DNA from: Candidatus Dojkabacteria bacterium
GTDB taxonomy: Bacteria > Patescibacteriota > Dojkabacteria > SC72
NCBI GenBank assembly: GCA_040765985.1
Contig: JAXGRK010000005.1
Location: 1 to 55,499 of the forward strand
DNA: 55,499 nucleotides
Direction: 5' to 3'
Positions within the stretch are counted from its first letter, which is position 1, and each line of letters starts with the position of its first letter. The notes beneath the pieces were generated by a model. That model had not been told where the DNA came from and did no database searches. It saw only the letters and a list, made by a program, of their open reading frames with translations. A program made the translations under genes and the position numbers. This document shows positions 1 through 10,521 of the stretch, piece after piece.

Positions 1-1238
1 ATCGGAACCAATTAGAAAATCATCAGCCGCGAATGGCTTGTATTCAGGAAATTCAGGGTACCAATCCACAGCCCCTGTTAGATTATTAAAACCACCAAGG
101 TAAAGCGTATCATAGGAGCCAAACTCTATACCACCAGAAATGAAAACATTATCTAAAAAAGATTTAACTCTTCTCGTATTATATCCTCCAAAACTAGTCA
201 GTATATTCTCTGGATCATCCAAATACGGCAACCAATCAGAATCCCAACTACATGTTTCCGTATCTAACCTTACAAGCCCATTAACAGTAACACCCTCGCC
301 TATCCTATCAAATGTACCAGCAACATAAATATAATTTTCCGAAACATTAACTGAATATACGGAAGAAGGAACTCCCCCACCTCCAGCGGGTACATAATAT
401 GTATATATCGGGGGTATGCATTCTTGGTCAATCCGTCCATCAGGAGATATTTTTGCAAATTCTCCAAGGGAATCGTTGATAACATCATGAGTGTTATCAT
501 AAACATAATCAAACCGACCACCAATAAATATGTCCTCCCCATAACTATCTATAGTTTTAACTTCAGTTTCCTCTACACTGTCTCTATAATGGAATTCATA
601 ATATGACCAAGAGTTGTCCATAATACAGGTATCTTTCTGAAGTCGAGCCAAATCACTGGCTGCAGATTCAAACTCATCTTCCATATAGAAATCACCACCC
701 AAATATATGTAATCATCAGTAATCTCAATTGCACTTATATAACCCTCAAAATAACTAAATGGCATACAACTCGAATCTACACTCCCATCATTTTTTAATC
801 TAGCAAAACTACTGACTGAAACCACCTCTGAAGTAACCCCATCCGTTATAGATGTAAATTCTCCAGCAATATAAATATCTTCACCATCAACTGTTATCTC
901 AGTAACTTCATAATTCGCAATAGGATACCAATCGGTAACTGTATAATCATCTGTATCCATCGCAGCCATATACAACCTATCAAAAAGTGTAACCCCTAAT
1001 TCTCCAACTAAATTTCCAGCTTTGGTGAAGTCTCCAATAAGATATATTACCTCCCCATCTTCACTTAATGCCATACCATAAGGTGGTGAATCAAAATCTG
1101 GAAATTCGTCGATATAGTCACCAATGGAAATTACAGATGTTGCTTTAACATCCGATACTAAAAGAAAAGGAAATATTATGATTAACAAAACCTTTATAAA
1201 AGTCTTTATTATAAGAACCTGTTTAATGTTATTACCAT
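1..1238 (-). CDS. Secreted/surface beta-propeller protein, 3'-truncated by the window edge (missing from the ORF track)
   Basis: Manual translation gives an open frame from 1260 past base 1. It has a signal-like segment (KTFIKVLLIIIFPFLLVSDVKA) and ~50-60 aa repeats with a G-x-F core (YLIGDFTKAG, YIAGEFTSI, YLGGDFYM, FIGGRFDYV, YVAGTFDRIG, LYLGGF). The nearest ATG (1238) is out of frame, so the start is uncertain. Confidence 0.75.
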
Positions 1239-1312
1239 ATAATGTAATATAAATTTCAGATCATGTACATAGTCATTTAACTATAACCTAATCCTTACTG
1301 ATATAATATACA

Positions 1313-2088
1313 ATGTTAAATATAATAAATACGGTAAAAAACCATACACAGTATACCTTCTTCACGGTGGACCAGGTGCATGTGGTGAAATGAAACCAGT
1401 AGCTAAACAGTTGTCTAAATATTTCGGTGTAATTGAGAGTATTCAAACTAAATACAGTATTGATGATTTAATCCAAGAGCTTTATCTAACTATTGTTAAA
1501 AATTCTGATAAACCCGTTGTCTTAGTAGGTTACTCTTGGGGCGCCTGGTTAGCCATAATATTTACAAACAAATATCCGAATTTAATTTCTAAATTGATCT
1601 TAATTAGTTCTGGTCCTTTTGAAGAGAAATATATAGCAGAAATGGATAGGGTTATGAATGAAAGATTAAGTAAGGAAGAAAAAACAAAATTATTAGAGTT
1701 AGAAAGTACTTTAAATAAAGAAAACAGTTTTAAAGAGTTTGGGAAGATATTTAATAGGATGGATTCGTATAAATTGATAGATGATTTAAATCAAAATATC
1801 AATTTAGATGTAGATATGTATACTAAAATATGGAATGAAGCAAAAAAGACAAGAAATGATGGGAAGTTAACAAAGATACTAGAAGGTATAACAGTACCAA
1901 TAACTGCTATCCATGGAAAGTATGACAGACATCCATATAAGGGAGTACAAAAACCATTGAAAAAATACTGTAAAAACTCCAAGTTTATATTATTAAATAA
2001 ATGTGGTCATACACCATGGAAAGAGAAATATGCAAAAGATTCTTTTTATAAAGTTTTGGTAGAAGCCATTGATAAATCAAAAGTTTAG
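1313..2088 (+). CDS. Alpha/beta hydrolase (HGGPG, proline iminopeptidase-like); 5' end joined across one missing A
   Basis: GYSWG nucleophile elbow, HGKYD, CGH. The frame upstream of the ORF-track start reads YNKYGKKPYTVYLLHGGPGACGE, and ATG1313 joins it if AAA at 1318-1320 is AAAA. Confidence 0.85.
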
Positions 2089-2126
2089 TTTCTATATTTT
2101 TTCATTTATATAATAAAATATCCAAA

Positions 2127-2179
2127 TGGGTATTGACCCACATCGAAATATGTTGTATATTTGTATGGGTAAATACCCA
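2127..2179 (+). promoter_or_regulatory. Sigma70 promoter flanked by two TGGGT-N4-ACCCA palindromic operators
   Basis: TTGACC 2133-2138, 17-nt spacer, TATATT 2156-2161. Palindromes TGGGTATTGACCCA 2127-2140 and TGGGTAAATACCCA 2166-2179. Confidence 0.75.
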
Positions 2180-2203
2180 AATTAAATTATTATATATATA
2201 ACT

Positions 2204-2437
2204 ATGCCTAATTTAGACGGAACAGGTCCTATGGGACAAGGTCCAGTAGGAAGAGGATTCTTTGGATTTGGAAGAAGACTCTTTGCAAGAAGATCTACTG
2301 GTAAAAGACAGGGTGGAAGTGAACAGTGTGTCTGTCCAAAATGTGGATATACACAACCTCATCAGAGAGGTATTCCCTGTACAGAGATTCTCTGTCCAAA
2401 ATGTAATACTCCAATGAAGGGTAAATTCTGTTCATAA
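2204..2437 (+). CDS. DUF5320-like Gly-rich protein with C-terminal Cys-rich zinc/iron-binding motif
   Basis: N-terminal MPNLDGTGPMGQGP; CVCPKCG...PC...CPKC. Confidence 0.75.
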   Translation: MPNLDGTGPMGQGPVGRGFFGFGRRLFARRSTGKRQGGSEQCVCPKCGYTQPHQRGIPCTEILCPKCNTPMKGKFCS

Positions 2438-2442
2438 AAAAT

Positions 2443-2724
2443 ATGAGAAGAAGATTTAGAAGAAGAGTATCTTTTGATTTTTCTGAAACATACTTTAAAC
2501 CCAGAGGGATTCCCCTCTCCTCTTTGCAGGAAGTTAATATCTCTGATGAAGAGTTAGAAACTTTAAGATTGAGATATATAGAGAATATAGATCAGGAGAA
2601 AGCTGCACAGATGATGGGAATCTCTCAAAGTCAGTATCAGAGAGATTTATCATCGGTACTACAAAAAATATCTTTTGCACTAATAAATGGACAGGCAATT
2701 AATATAAAAAGGCGAGTTGAGTAA
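2443..2724 (+). CDS. DUF134 family HTH DNA-binding protein
   Basis: YFKPRGIP, EELETLRL, QEKAAQMMGISQS, ALINGQAINI are typical DUF134 motifs. Confidence 0.85.
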   Translation: MRRRFRRRVSFDFSETYFKPRGIPLSSLQEVNISDEELETLRLRYIENIDQEKAAQMMGISQSQYQRDLSSVLQKISFALINGQAINIKRRVE

Positions 2725-2759
2725 TTAGTAATACTTGACTCCAAATCTTTTTACATAGT

Positions 2760-2783
2760 ATATTTCAATATACATTGAAATAT
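2760..2783 (+). promoter_or_regulatory. Perfect 10-4-10 inverted repeat, probable ArsR operator
   Basis: ATATTTCAAT-ATAC-ATTGAAATAT ends just before ATG2784; TTGACT (-35-like) at 2735-2740. Confidence 0.7.
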
Positions 2784-3056
2784 ATGAAAGAGAATTCTAA
2801 AAAGAAAGTTAAAGAATTAAAAAAGTTACTTCAAAAAAACCGTATGGACATACTGTCCCTACTCTATAAGCAAGACACCTGTGTATGTCAAATGGTCAAG
2901 AAATTAAATCTTAAACACAACCTAATATCTCATCACCTTAAGACATTGCAGGATATGGAGTATATTTCAAGTCAAAGAAATGGAACACATATAATATATT
3001 CGATGAATAAAGATAAAAAGGAGATAATAAAACAATTATTTAATATATTAAAATAA
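2784..3056 (+). CDS. arsR: ArsR/SmtB family transcriptional repressor
   Basis: NRMDILSLL, CVCQM, ISHHLKTL, SQRNG wHTH pattern. ATG at 2784 preferred over TTG at 2775. Confidence 0.85.
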   Translation: MKENSKKKVKELKKLLQKNRMDILSLLYKQDTCVCQMVKKLNLKHNLISHHLKTLQDMEYISSQRNGTHIIYSMNKDKKEIIKQLFNILK

Positions 3057-3060
3057 ATAT

Positions 3061-4296
3061 ATGAATAAAAAACTGCTCATAGGTATTTCACTCTCTTTAG
3101 GAGTAATACTACTTTTCATATTAGAGTATATATTAATCAATAAATATGTATGTCCCACTAAAGAACCCACACAGGAGAAACATATCCCCCAGGCAATGAT
3201 GCTCCTTATCGAATTTGGTCAAACAGATGGATTAGTGAATATGGTTAACGATATGAAAGAAAGAGATATACACGGTATATTACTAATTAATGGGGATTTC
3301 ATTGAAGAGAATGCAACAGTTATAAAGGAGATATTAAAAACAGGGGTAATTGAGATAGCAACATCATATGATCCAAAACCTTTTTGGGATATGCCATATG
3401 AACAGCAGTATGAAATTATCACAGATATGATTGCTAAATCAGAAGAGTATTTAGGTATAACTCCCAGAATAATTAGCTCTAGATATATGGCATCTGATGA
3501 AACTACAGTTAAAATTGCAGATGAACTTGGTATTGAATATATTACTGCAAGAGGAACGACAGAGTTAGAAAGCATTGTATACAAACCAGATGAGTATGAT
3601 GTTAAGATTATCTCTGTATCAAATATAGATGTACCAGAGTTTAAATACGGTAGTTTCTGTGATTACAGTTTCTATGAAAGAAACGGTACACCCCAGGATA
3701 TGGAAACAGAGTATAAAAGAGCAATACAGGAAGATAAATTTATTGGCACATCTCATACATACATAGGTGGATACAAAGAAAGATGGAATGATATGTGGCA
3801 TAAGTTCTGGGATGAGTATGAGGTGGATTGGGTAGATTTAGATACATTAGGTTCTGTAGATAAGCAGATGCCTATGTGGCAGATTCCAATAAACAAGAAC
3901 GCTCCATATACACCAGAAAAGATTAGACCTCAGATTGCATATGAAGATGAGGCAGATGTTACAAACCCATGTAAGGTTGAAGATTTAAATGGTACAGACT
4001 CTTCTGAGGTGATAATCGATGAAGAAACAGAATTAACAATCTTTCATAACAATCAAGGACCTATGTGTTTAGAACTAATAGATTTCTTAAAAGAAAACAA
4101 TTTAGAATATGAAGAACATCTAACATCAGATACTGACTTTGTATCACAATTAAATGCACATAAAGTTACTAATCCAACTAGTGAGGGAGTATCTGAATCT
4201 TACGGTTACTACCCAATCATATTTATAGATGGAAGATCATTCTCTGGATTCGATGAGAATGTAGAGACAGAATTAAGAGAGATATTAGATATATAG
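3061..4296 (+). CDS. Membrane-anchored protein: degenerate polysaccharide-deacetylase (CE4/NodB-like) domain plus C-terminal glutaredoxin-like domain
   Basis: N-terminal TM helix. Core resembles NodB (EIATS, AKSEEYLGITPRIISSRY, IADELGIEY). C-terminal GPMC...YPIIFIDGRSFSGF is a Grx/NrdH pattern. Confidence 0.6.
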   Translation: MNKKLLIGISLSLGVILLFILEYILINKYVCPTKEPTQEKHIPQAMMLLIEFGQTDGLVNMVNDMKERDIHGILLINGDFIEENATVIKEILKTGVIEIATSYDPKPFWDMPYEQQYEIITDMIAKSEEYLGITPRIISSRYMASDETTVKIADELGIEYITARGTTELESIVYKPDEYDVKIISVSNIDVPEFKYGSFCDYSFYERNGTPQDMETEYKRAIQEDKFIGTSHTYIGGYKERWNDMWHKFWDEYEVDWVDLDTLGSVDKQMPMWQIPINKNAPYTPEKIRPQIAYEDEADVTNPCKVEDLNGTDSSEVIIDEETELTIFHNNQGPMCLELIDFLKENNLEYEEHLTSDTDFVSQLNAHKVTNPTSEGVSESYGYYPIIFIDGRSFSGFDENVETELREILDI

Positions 4297-4363
4297 CCAT
4301 TTACTTAAGAATGCCCATTTGATAACATAGAGTAATATATTTAATATTTTTTTAAACATTAAT

Positions 4364-5092
4364 ATGGAACAAACAACTCAGCCAGAGTATATCCCTATGC
4401 CAAGAATTGGTGATAAAGCACCATCATTTAAAGCAGTTACTACACAGGGAGATATTAATTTCCCAGAGCAATATAAAGGTAAATGGGTAATACTTTTTAG
4501 TCATCCAGCAGATTTTACACCTGTATGTACATCAGAGTTTATGACTTTTGCTAGTATGGATAAACAGTTTAAAGAGTATAACTGTGAATTAGTAGGTCTA
4601 TCTGTAGATGGTCTATACAGTCATATTGCATGGTTAAGAACTATCAAAGAAAAGATTGAGTATAAAGGTATGAAAGATGTAGAGGTTAAATTCCCATTGA
4701 TAGAAGATATTACAATGGAAGTTGCAAATAAATATGGGATGGTACAACCTGGAGAGAGTAATACAAAAGCAGTAAGAGCAGTATTTTTTATAGATCCTAA
4801 AGGTATAATTAGAACAATACTTTACTACCCATTAAGCTGTGGTAGAAACTTTGATGAGATATTAAGAACCTTAATAGCACTACAAACAGCAGATGCATTC
4901 TCAATAGCTACTCCTGCAGACTGGAGACCAGGAGATGATGTAATTGTCCCTACTGCTGGTTCGTGTGGTGTTGCCAAAGAGAGAATGGAAGACAAAAAGA
5001 ATATGAAGTGTTACGATTGGTTTTTCTGTACTAAGAAACTTTTAAAGACAGAAATTGAGAAAAAGATAAAAGGTACTAAGATCAAAAAGTAA
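4364..5092 (+). CDS. Peroxiredoxin, Prx6 subfamily
   Basis: FSHPADFTPVCTSE active site, YYP...GRNFDEILR, PADWRPG, C-terminal CYDWFFC. Confidence 0.95.
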   Translation: MEQTTQPEYIPMPRIGDKAPSFKAVTTQGDINFPEQYKGKWVILFSHPADFTPVCTSEFMTFASMDKQFKEYNCELVGLSVDGLYSHIAWLRTIKEKIEYKGMKDVEVKFPLIEDITMEVANKYGMVQPGESNTKAVRAVFFIDPKGIIRTILYYPLSCGRNFDEILRTLIALQTADAFSIATPADWRPGDDVIVPTAGSCGVAKERMEDKKNMKCYDWFFCTKKLLKTEIEKKIKGTKIKK

Positions 5093-5110
5093 TAGTTTTT
5101 AAATACAAAA

Positions 5111-5638
5111 TTGAACACTCAACAAATACTGTTTTTAATAATAAATATTGTAGGACCACTCGTACTTCTTAGCTATATAATAGGTCTTAAAGCAGGAAAG
5201 AGTGCAGAGATCCTTTGGGGAGGTACACCTAAAAAGATAAGAGGTGTATATACACTATCTATGCTAGTAAGTGCAATATCATTCCTAGTTACAACTGTAT
5301 TCATATTCTTGATATTAAGTAATAACACTGAATTACCCTACTACTTAAATACAAATATATTTAATATACTTTATGCAGTATTACTAATATTTTCTGCGAT
5401 ATGGATACCTTTAGTTAATATAATGGTAAATAAACCATCCAAATTAATATGGCTATATATTAGATTAGGACTAATATTAGTAGGTTTATCAGCATTAGGA
5501 ATATTTATATTACTACTAGGGATAACTCCCCAACCAGCAAGTTTTATCTATTGGATATCAGTAGTTGGAATGGGAATATTTTTTATACACACAGGTATAT
5601 TAGATGCTTTCCTGTGGCCATACTATTGGAAAAAGTAA
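5111..5638 (+). CDS. Integral membrane protein (about 5 TM helices), unknown function
   Basis: Hydrophobic helices throughout; TTG start. Confidence 0.7.
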   Translation: MNTQQILFLIINIVGPLVLLSYIIGLKAGKSAEILWGGTPKKIRGVYTLSMLVSAISFLVTTVFIFLILSNNTELPYYLNTNIFNILYAVLLIFSAIWIPLVNIMVNKPSKLIWLYIRLGLILVGLSALGIFILLLGITPQPASFIYWISVVGMGIFFIHTGILDAFLWPYYWKK

Positions 5639-5660
5639 TATACTGTAAAGATTCTAATTG

Positions 5661-7011
5661 CTATTCATAAAATATCTCATCCCCGTATCTTGAAGCATCA
5701 CCACCAAACTTCCAATATACATCTTTCCCAATTGAAATACTTGGCCTATAATCGCCATCTACCATTCCGAAATCAACAATTGTGAATGTTTCGACCTTAG
5801 GAGTTGATAAAGTTACTTCTTTTTCACCTATAAAGGTACAATCCATCTGATCATTAGTGGGGCAATTGTAGTTTTTAATTATTTGCTTATAGGTAGTAGT
5901 TGTTAAAATATCTCCATTTAAACCCATTTACCAACCTTTTCGATTCTCTCTTCTTCAGCAGACATTGAATTTGGATAGTAATGGAAATTACCTGATGGGA
6001 AGAAATGATATTTTTCAGACCAACCTGCAGCCATAACCTGACTTTTTGCCAAATACCTTGAAGAAGGAAACCATCACAATCAACATCAAAATTATCAGAA
6101 ACAGGATAATCCTTAAATAAAGAACAAGGTGGCTTATCTTGACCACTATATATAACTTTATATGCATTATCCATTTTATAAAAGTACACTATGTGCGAAG
6201 ATCTTCTTCCTGAAACACTTGCGATAGTAATATTTTCACCTTGGCTAACAATATCGACTATTACATCTTGATTTTGTTCTCCAGCATCACCCAAAGCTCT
6301 TAACAAGGGCCGTTGTTCAGCTTCTATTTTTTTTAATTCTGTACTACTAAACGTAATATAAAAACTGGAATTTACATATTCTTGTTCATAGTAATACAAA
6401 TCCGGATTAACAACCACATTACATCTATAATTTTCCTTCTCATAGCTTTCCATATAATCATAGAAAGATTCATCATCAAAACTTTTTGATGAAGTATCAA
6501 CATTTTTAACAAATTTATAATTAGTAAATACTGTTCGAATCTTATCAAGAGTTTCTCTAACAAGTGACTGGTCATCCTTTAGTTGATTATAAGCGTTCAA
6601 AGTTAACATTTCTGCACTGAAATCTGAAGGTAATGACAAACTCGATCCTTCATTATTAACCCACCAAACATATGACATACTTGTCTCTTGGAACAGTGCT
6701 TCCTTCGAAGATATTCTATCTATTATTTCTCTCATTACAGATAAGAACTCTTCGTCAACACTTTCTTCTGCTTCTTCATCAATTTCCTCCTCGGAATTCT
6801 CCTCTGTTTCTTCACTTTCGTCAGGGGTTACTATCGCTTGTTCCGGAGATTCATATTCATCAGAAAATGACACAACAATATCAATAATTGCATATATAAC
6901 TAAGAGAATAATTACTACTAGTGCGAATATCCTTAAAATACGAAAAATTGGATTCTTTGAAATCTTATCTGTCCTATCTTTATTTATATATCTTAAAATA
7001 GTGTTGGACAT
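5661..7011 (-). CDS. Membrane-anchored extracellular hypothetical protein, one gene split by two indels
   Basis: TM helix then acidic linker. Adding one base near 6045 (A run) and one near 5920 (T run) gives ...GIWQKSQVMAAGWSEKYHFFPSGNFHYYPNSM...KWVLNGDIL..., joining ORFs 5887..7011 and 5661..5927. Confidence 0.65.
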
Positions 7012-7060
7012 TATAAAAAGACTTAATTTATTTGATTCTCAAGTTAATTATAATTATTTT

Positions 7061-8350
7061 CTATTCATACCTCAATGCTTTCACAGGATCCAGTCTTGCT
7101 GCTTTCATTGCTGGATATATACCAGCAAGTACGCCTACTAATATACTTCCTAATGTAATATATATTGCGTTAAGAGGTTGGAAGTAAAAGAATTTATCTA
7201 TTGCTGTAAAACCTTGTTCCTTAAGTAAGTCTACTATAAATGGATCTGATACCTGCATTAGTAGAAAGGTAATAGATAACCCTATTACACCCCCTATCAA
7301 GCCAATCAATCCTGATTGTATTAAAAATATTACTAATACTTGAGTATTAGATGCCCCTATCGCCTTAATTATCCCTATCTCTCTAGTTTGCTCATATATA
7401 CTCATTATCATTGTATTGATAATCCCGATAGAGGCAACAACTGCTGATATTGAACCAAATATTATTAAAGCTATTGTTAAACCACTAGTTAGTGTAGATA
7501 TGAAATCAATTATCGTTTTAGATGATATTACATTAAGACCCATATCCTTACTCATATACTCCTCTACATCTGAGGTACTCTGTTCATCTGTAGATACCAA
7601 TAACTGAGAGTATCCAACACTCTTAATATACTCCTCTTTACTCTCAAAACCACCTGTCTCAACTAGTATATCTAAACCCTTAGATGTATTTATCCAAAAA
7701 GCATCATTACTAGTATCAACAATGCCTGCTACAGTAAACACATACTCCCTATTCATCATATTTTTGTTAGTAACAGATAGGAATGATGTATTGGGAGAAC
7801 TCTTTAAATATATCTTCTTACCGATAATGGCATCATTAGAAATTTCAAAAAAGGACGGTACATATGTACTTACAAAAACACCATCATCTTTAAGTATTGG
7901 GTCTGGACCAATAAAAGAGCTATACATACTATGATCCCCTGGTAAATCTACAGACTGAACAAACTGAGTAGGATAGGCACTGTCATCACCCTCTAGATAT
8001 ACCTCAAAACCTGTAAGCATAAACATAGGGTATACATCATTAACACCATCTATACCCTTTATCTCGTCCCTAATACTGTCATCAATAATTATTACTTCTT
8101 TCTCCTGTGTTTCTTTTGTAGGAGCAGACATCATAGAGGAAAATGCCATCATATCTTGAGAAGAAACATATAGATCTGTTGGTTTAAACACTGAACTAAA
8201 TTGAGTTAGTATAGCTCTTTGTAAATCTGTCATACCAAAAAGGATAAAGGTCATAAGCATAACTGCAATAGTAATACCTAAGCTTGTTAGTATAGTTCTT
8301 AACTTTCTTCTTGATATTAAATCTAGTGCATATTTAAACATTTTTACCAT
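7061..8350 (-). CDS. ABC transporter permease, MacB/FtsX family
   Basis: [16 protein letters not shown]-terminus; [24 protein letters not shown]; [18 protein letters not shown]. Confidence 0.93.
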   Translation of the reverse strand: MVKMFKYALDLISRRKLRTILTSLGITIAVMLMTFILFGMTDLQRAILTQFSSVFKPTDLYVSSQDMMAFSSMMSAPTKETQEKEVIIIDDSIRDEIKGIDGVNDVYPMFMLTGFEVYLEGDDSAYPTQFVQSVDLPGDHSMYSSFIGPDPILKDDGVFVSTYVPSFFEISNDAIIGKKIYLKSSPNTSFLSVTNKNMMNREYVFTVAGIVDTSNDAFWINTSKGLDILVETGGFESKEEYIKSVGYSQLLVSTDEQSTSDVEEYMSKDMGLNVISSKTIIDFISTLTSGLTIALIIFGSISAVVASIGIINTMIMSIYEQTREIGIIKAIGASNTQVLVIFLIQSGLIGLIGGVIGLSITFLLMQVSDPFIVDLLKEQGFTAIDKFFYFQPLNAIYITLGSILVGVLAGIYPAMKAARLDPVKALRYE

Positions 8351-8996
8351 CTACTAAAGTAATTACTCTATCTGTTTTTTTAGCAATCTCTTTATCATGA
8401 GTAACTAATATTACTGTAATTTTCTCTTTTTTGTTTAACTCTCTTAAAAGAGAAACAATTGATTCACCAGTTTTACTATCAAGATTTCCTGTTGGCTCAT
8501 CTGCAAGTACAATATTTGGAGTATCAATAAGGGCTCTTGCAATCGCAACCCTTTGTGCCTGACCTCCAGACAGCTCTTTAGGAAGATGCTTTCTTCTATC
8601 CTTTAGACCAACCATATCTAATAAATAATCTAACCTTTTATCAATATCCAGACCCTTACTTCCAGCAAACTTGTATGGAAGTAAAATATTTTCTTCAACA
8701 GAAAGAGAGGGAATGAGATAGAACTGTTGAAAAACAGTTCCCACAATATGTCTTCGATAGAAATTAGGATTGTACTCCTTTATATCCCTATCACTAATCA
8801 GTATCTTACCCGTATATCCCCAATCTAAACCTCCTAATATATTTAGTAGTGTTGATTTTCCTGAGCCAGACGATCCCACTATAGACAAGAATTCACCTTT
8901 CTCTATATCAAAAGAGACTCCTCTTAATGCCTCCACAGAGACCTCTTTACTCATAACATACTTTCTTTTTAAATCTTTAATCTCGATATATGACAT
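8334..8996 (-). CDS. ABC transporter ATP-binding protein, LolD/MacB type
   Basis: [28 protein letters not shown]. Confidence 0.95.
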   Translation of the reverse strand: MSYIEIKDLKRKYVMSKEVSVEALRGVSFDIEKGEFLSIVGSSGSGKSTLLNILGGLDWGYTGKILISDRDIKEYNPNFYRRHIVGTVFQQFYLIPSLSVEENILLPYKFAGSKGLDIDKRLDYLLDMVGLKDRRKHLPKELSGGQAQRVAIARALIDTPNIVLADEPTGNLDSKTGESIVSLLRELNKKEKITVILVTHDKEIAKKTDRVITLVDGKNV

Positions 8997-9049
8997 ATAT
9001 ACAAGTATAAACTGAACAGTTCTTAGTATATATTAAATATACTTAAGTG

Positions 9050-10018
9050 TTAAGACAGAATAGATTGCTTAATCTTAATATGCTCCTGACTCATTGTGTT
9101 GTTTAGCACATTAGAAGCAAATCTTTCTATTCCCCACAATCTTACAAGTTTATACCCATACCCTTTTGGAAAGTATCTCTCACATTTATTTAAAGTATAA
9201 ATATATTCATCATATGAGTTACCAGGAGAATTCTGTCTGCCCCAAGGTTCAAATTGTGCTTCAGAAATCTCTAAACCAAACCCCTTTTCTTTCTGTATCC
9301 TATGTAATTTGTTTATACTTAATTCTAAAGGATTAAAAATATTTAATGGGTCTGATTTCAATTTATTAGGTAATCTAAAATAGTAGTTAAAACCTAATAT
9401 TAGATTCTTCTGTTCATATATTTTTTCCTCTTCAAGAGTATTAAAAAGGTTAAGTATCTTTTTTAAATTCTTTTTCCCTGCACTATTTATCATTACTCTG
9501 TTATTTGGGAAATACTCTTTAAGTGTTTTTGCTATCTCTACCATATACTCATTAGACATAGTCATTTTTAATCTCCCAAAATCGTAGAAAGGTTCATTTT
9601 CAAATTGAAATATGACATCATTTAATCTATCCCCATACTCTTTTTTAAAAAGTGTTAATAGTTTAGAAAGATATTCATACGAATCCTTAGCTAACTTGGA
9701 GTCTTTTGTGATTCTGTTTTCTGAAAATTGAATAAGTTCTTGTGGTATATGCTGTTCTGGCCATCTAAATACTTTAATAGGGCCAATATTTAAACATATC
9801 TTACTCTTATTTTTTAACAAATATCTAATATATTTATCATAGTAGTCTAGTGATAACTTCTTATCCTTTTCTACAACATTCCACCTTAAACCTAATCTAA
9901 TATCTTTAATACCGAGTTCTCTATCTACTATCTTTAAAATCTCAATAGGGGTATCAATACCAATATTTTTACAGTACTCTGGAGAAAAAGATGTCCCAAT
10001 TACAATGTCATTTAGCAT
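9050..10018 (-). CDS. Putative clan GH-A glycoside hydrolase (TIM barrel)
   Basis: IRLGLRWN, FQFENEP (acid/base-like), ISEAQFEPW (nucleophile-like), RLWG. Confidence 0.65.
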   Translation of the reverse strand: MLNDIVIGTSFSPEYCKNIGIDTPIEILKIVDRELGIKDIRLGLRWNVVEKDKKLSLDYYDKYIRYLLKNKSKICLNIGPIKVFRWPEQHIPQELIQFSENRITKDSKLAKDSYEYLSKLLTLFKKEYGDRLNDVIFQFENEPFYDFGRLKMTMSNEYMVEIAKTLKEYFPNNRVMINSAGKKNLKKILNLFNTLEEEKIYEQKNLILGFNYYFRLPNKLKSDPLNIFNPLELSINKLHRIQKEKGFGLEISEAQFEPWGRQNSPGNSYDEYIYTLNKCERYFPKGYGYKLVRLWGIERFASNVLNNTMSQEHIKIKQSILS

Positions 10019-10024
10019 ACCCTA

Positions 10025-10480
10025 TTATACACTCTTACTATTTCTTCTAATTACTCTCTCACAATATCGACCATAAAGAGATTTTTTGTCTAAGAATACA
10101 TCTTTTGATTGGTATGTTAAAACATACTCTTGTCCACCAATAAAAAATCCATCACCCTTTAAATCATTTAGATTCTCTACATCCATAGGGGTATCACGGA
10201 CAATCACTCTCGCCTCTTCAATCAATGATTCAAGAAACTCAGGACTATCCATGTCCAATATACTTAAAAGCCTAGCAGATTCATTTTTATTTGGAGTGAT
10301 CGCCATCAATTGAAACAGATAAATATCAGAGCTACCCCTTTTTGCATATCCAAAACATCTATCAGATCCCTGTACTTTTTCTTCATAGTAACATGTGTAA
10401 GGGACTTCTAATTCAACTTCTTGATGTTCTAAAACATCAGTAATTTCCGGTTCTTTTTGACCTAAAGGATCTTGTAACAT
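10025..10480 (-). CDS. Hypothetical protein
   Basis: 151-aa ORF, co-oriented with and abutting its neighbours. Confidence 0.6.
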   Translation of the reverse strand: MLQDPLGQKEPEITDVLEHQEVELEVPYTCYYEEKVQGSDRCFGYAKRGSSDIYLFQLMAITPNKNESARLLSILDMDSPEFLESLIEEARVIVRDTPMDVENLNDLKGDGFFIGGQEYVLTYQSKDVFLDKKSLYGRYCERVIRRNSKSV

Positions 10481-10521
10481 ATTTAGAAAGTAATATTTTA
10501 ATGTATTATTATACCCTATCT

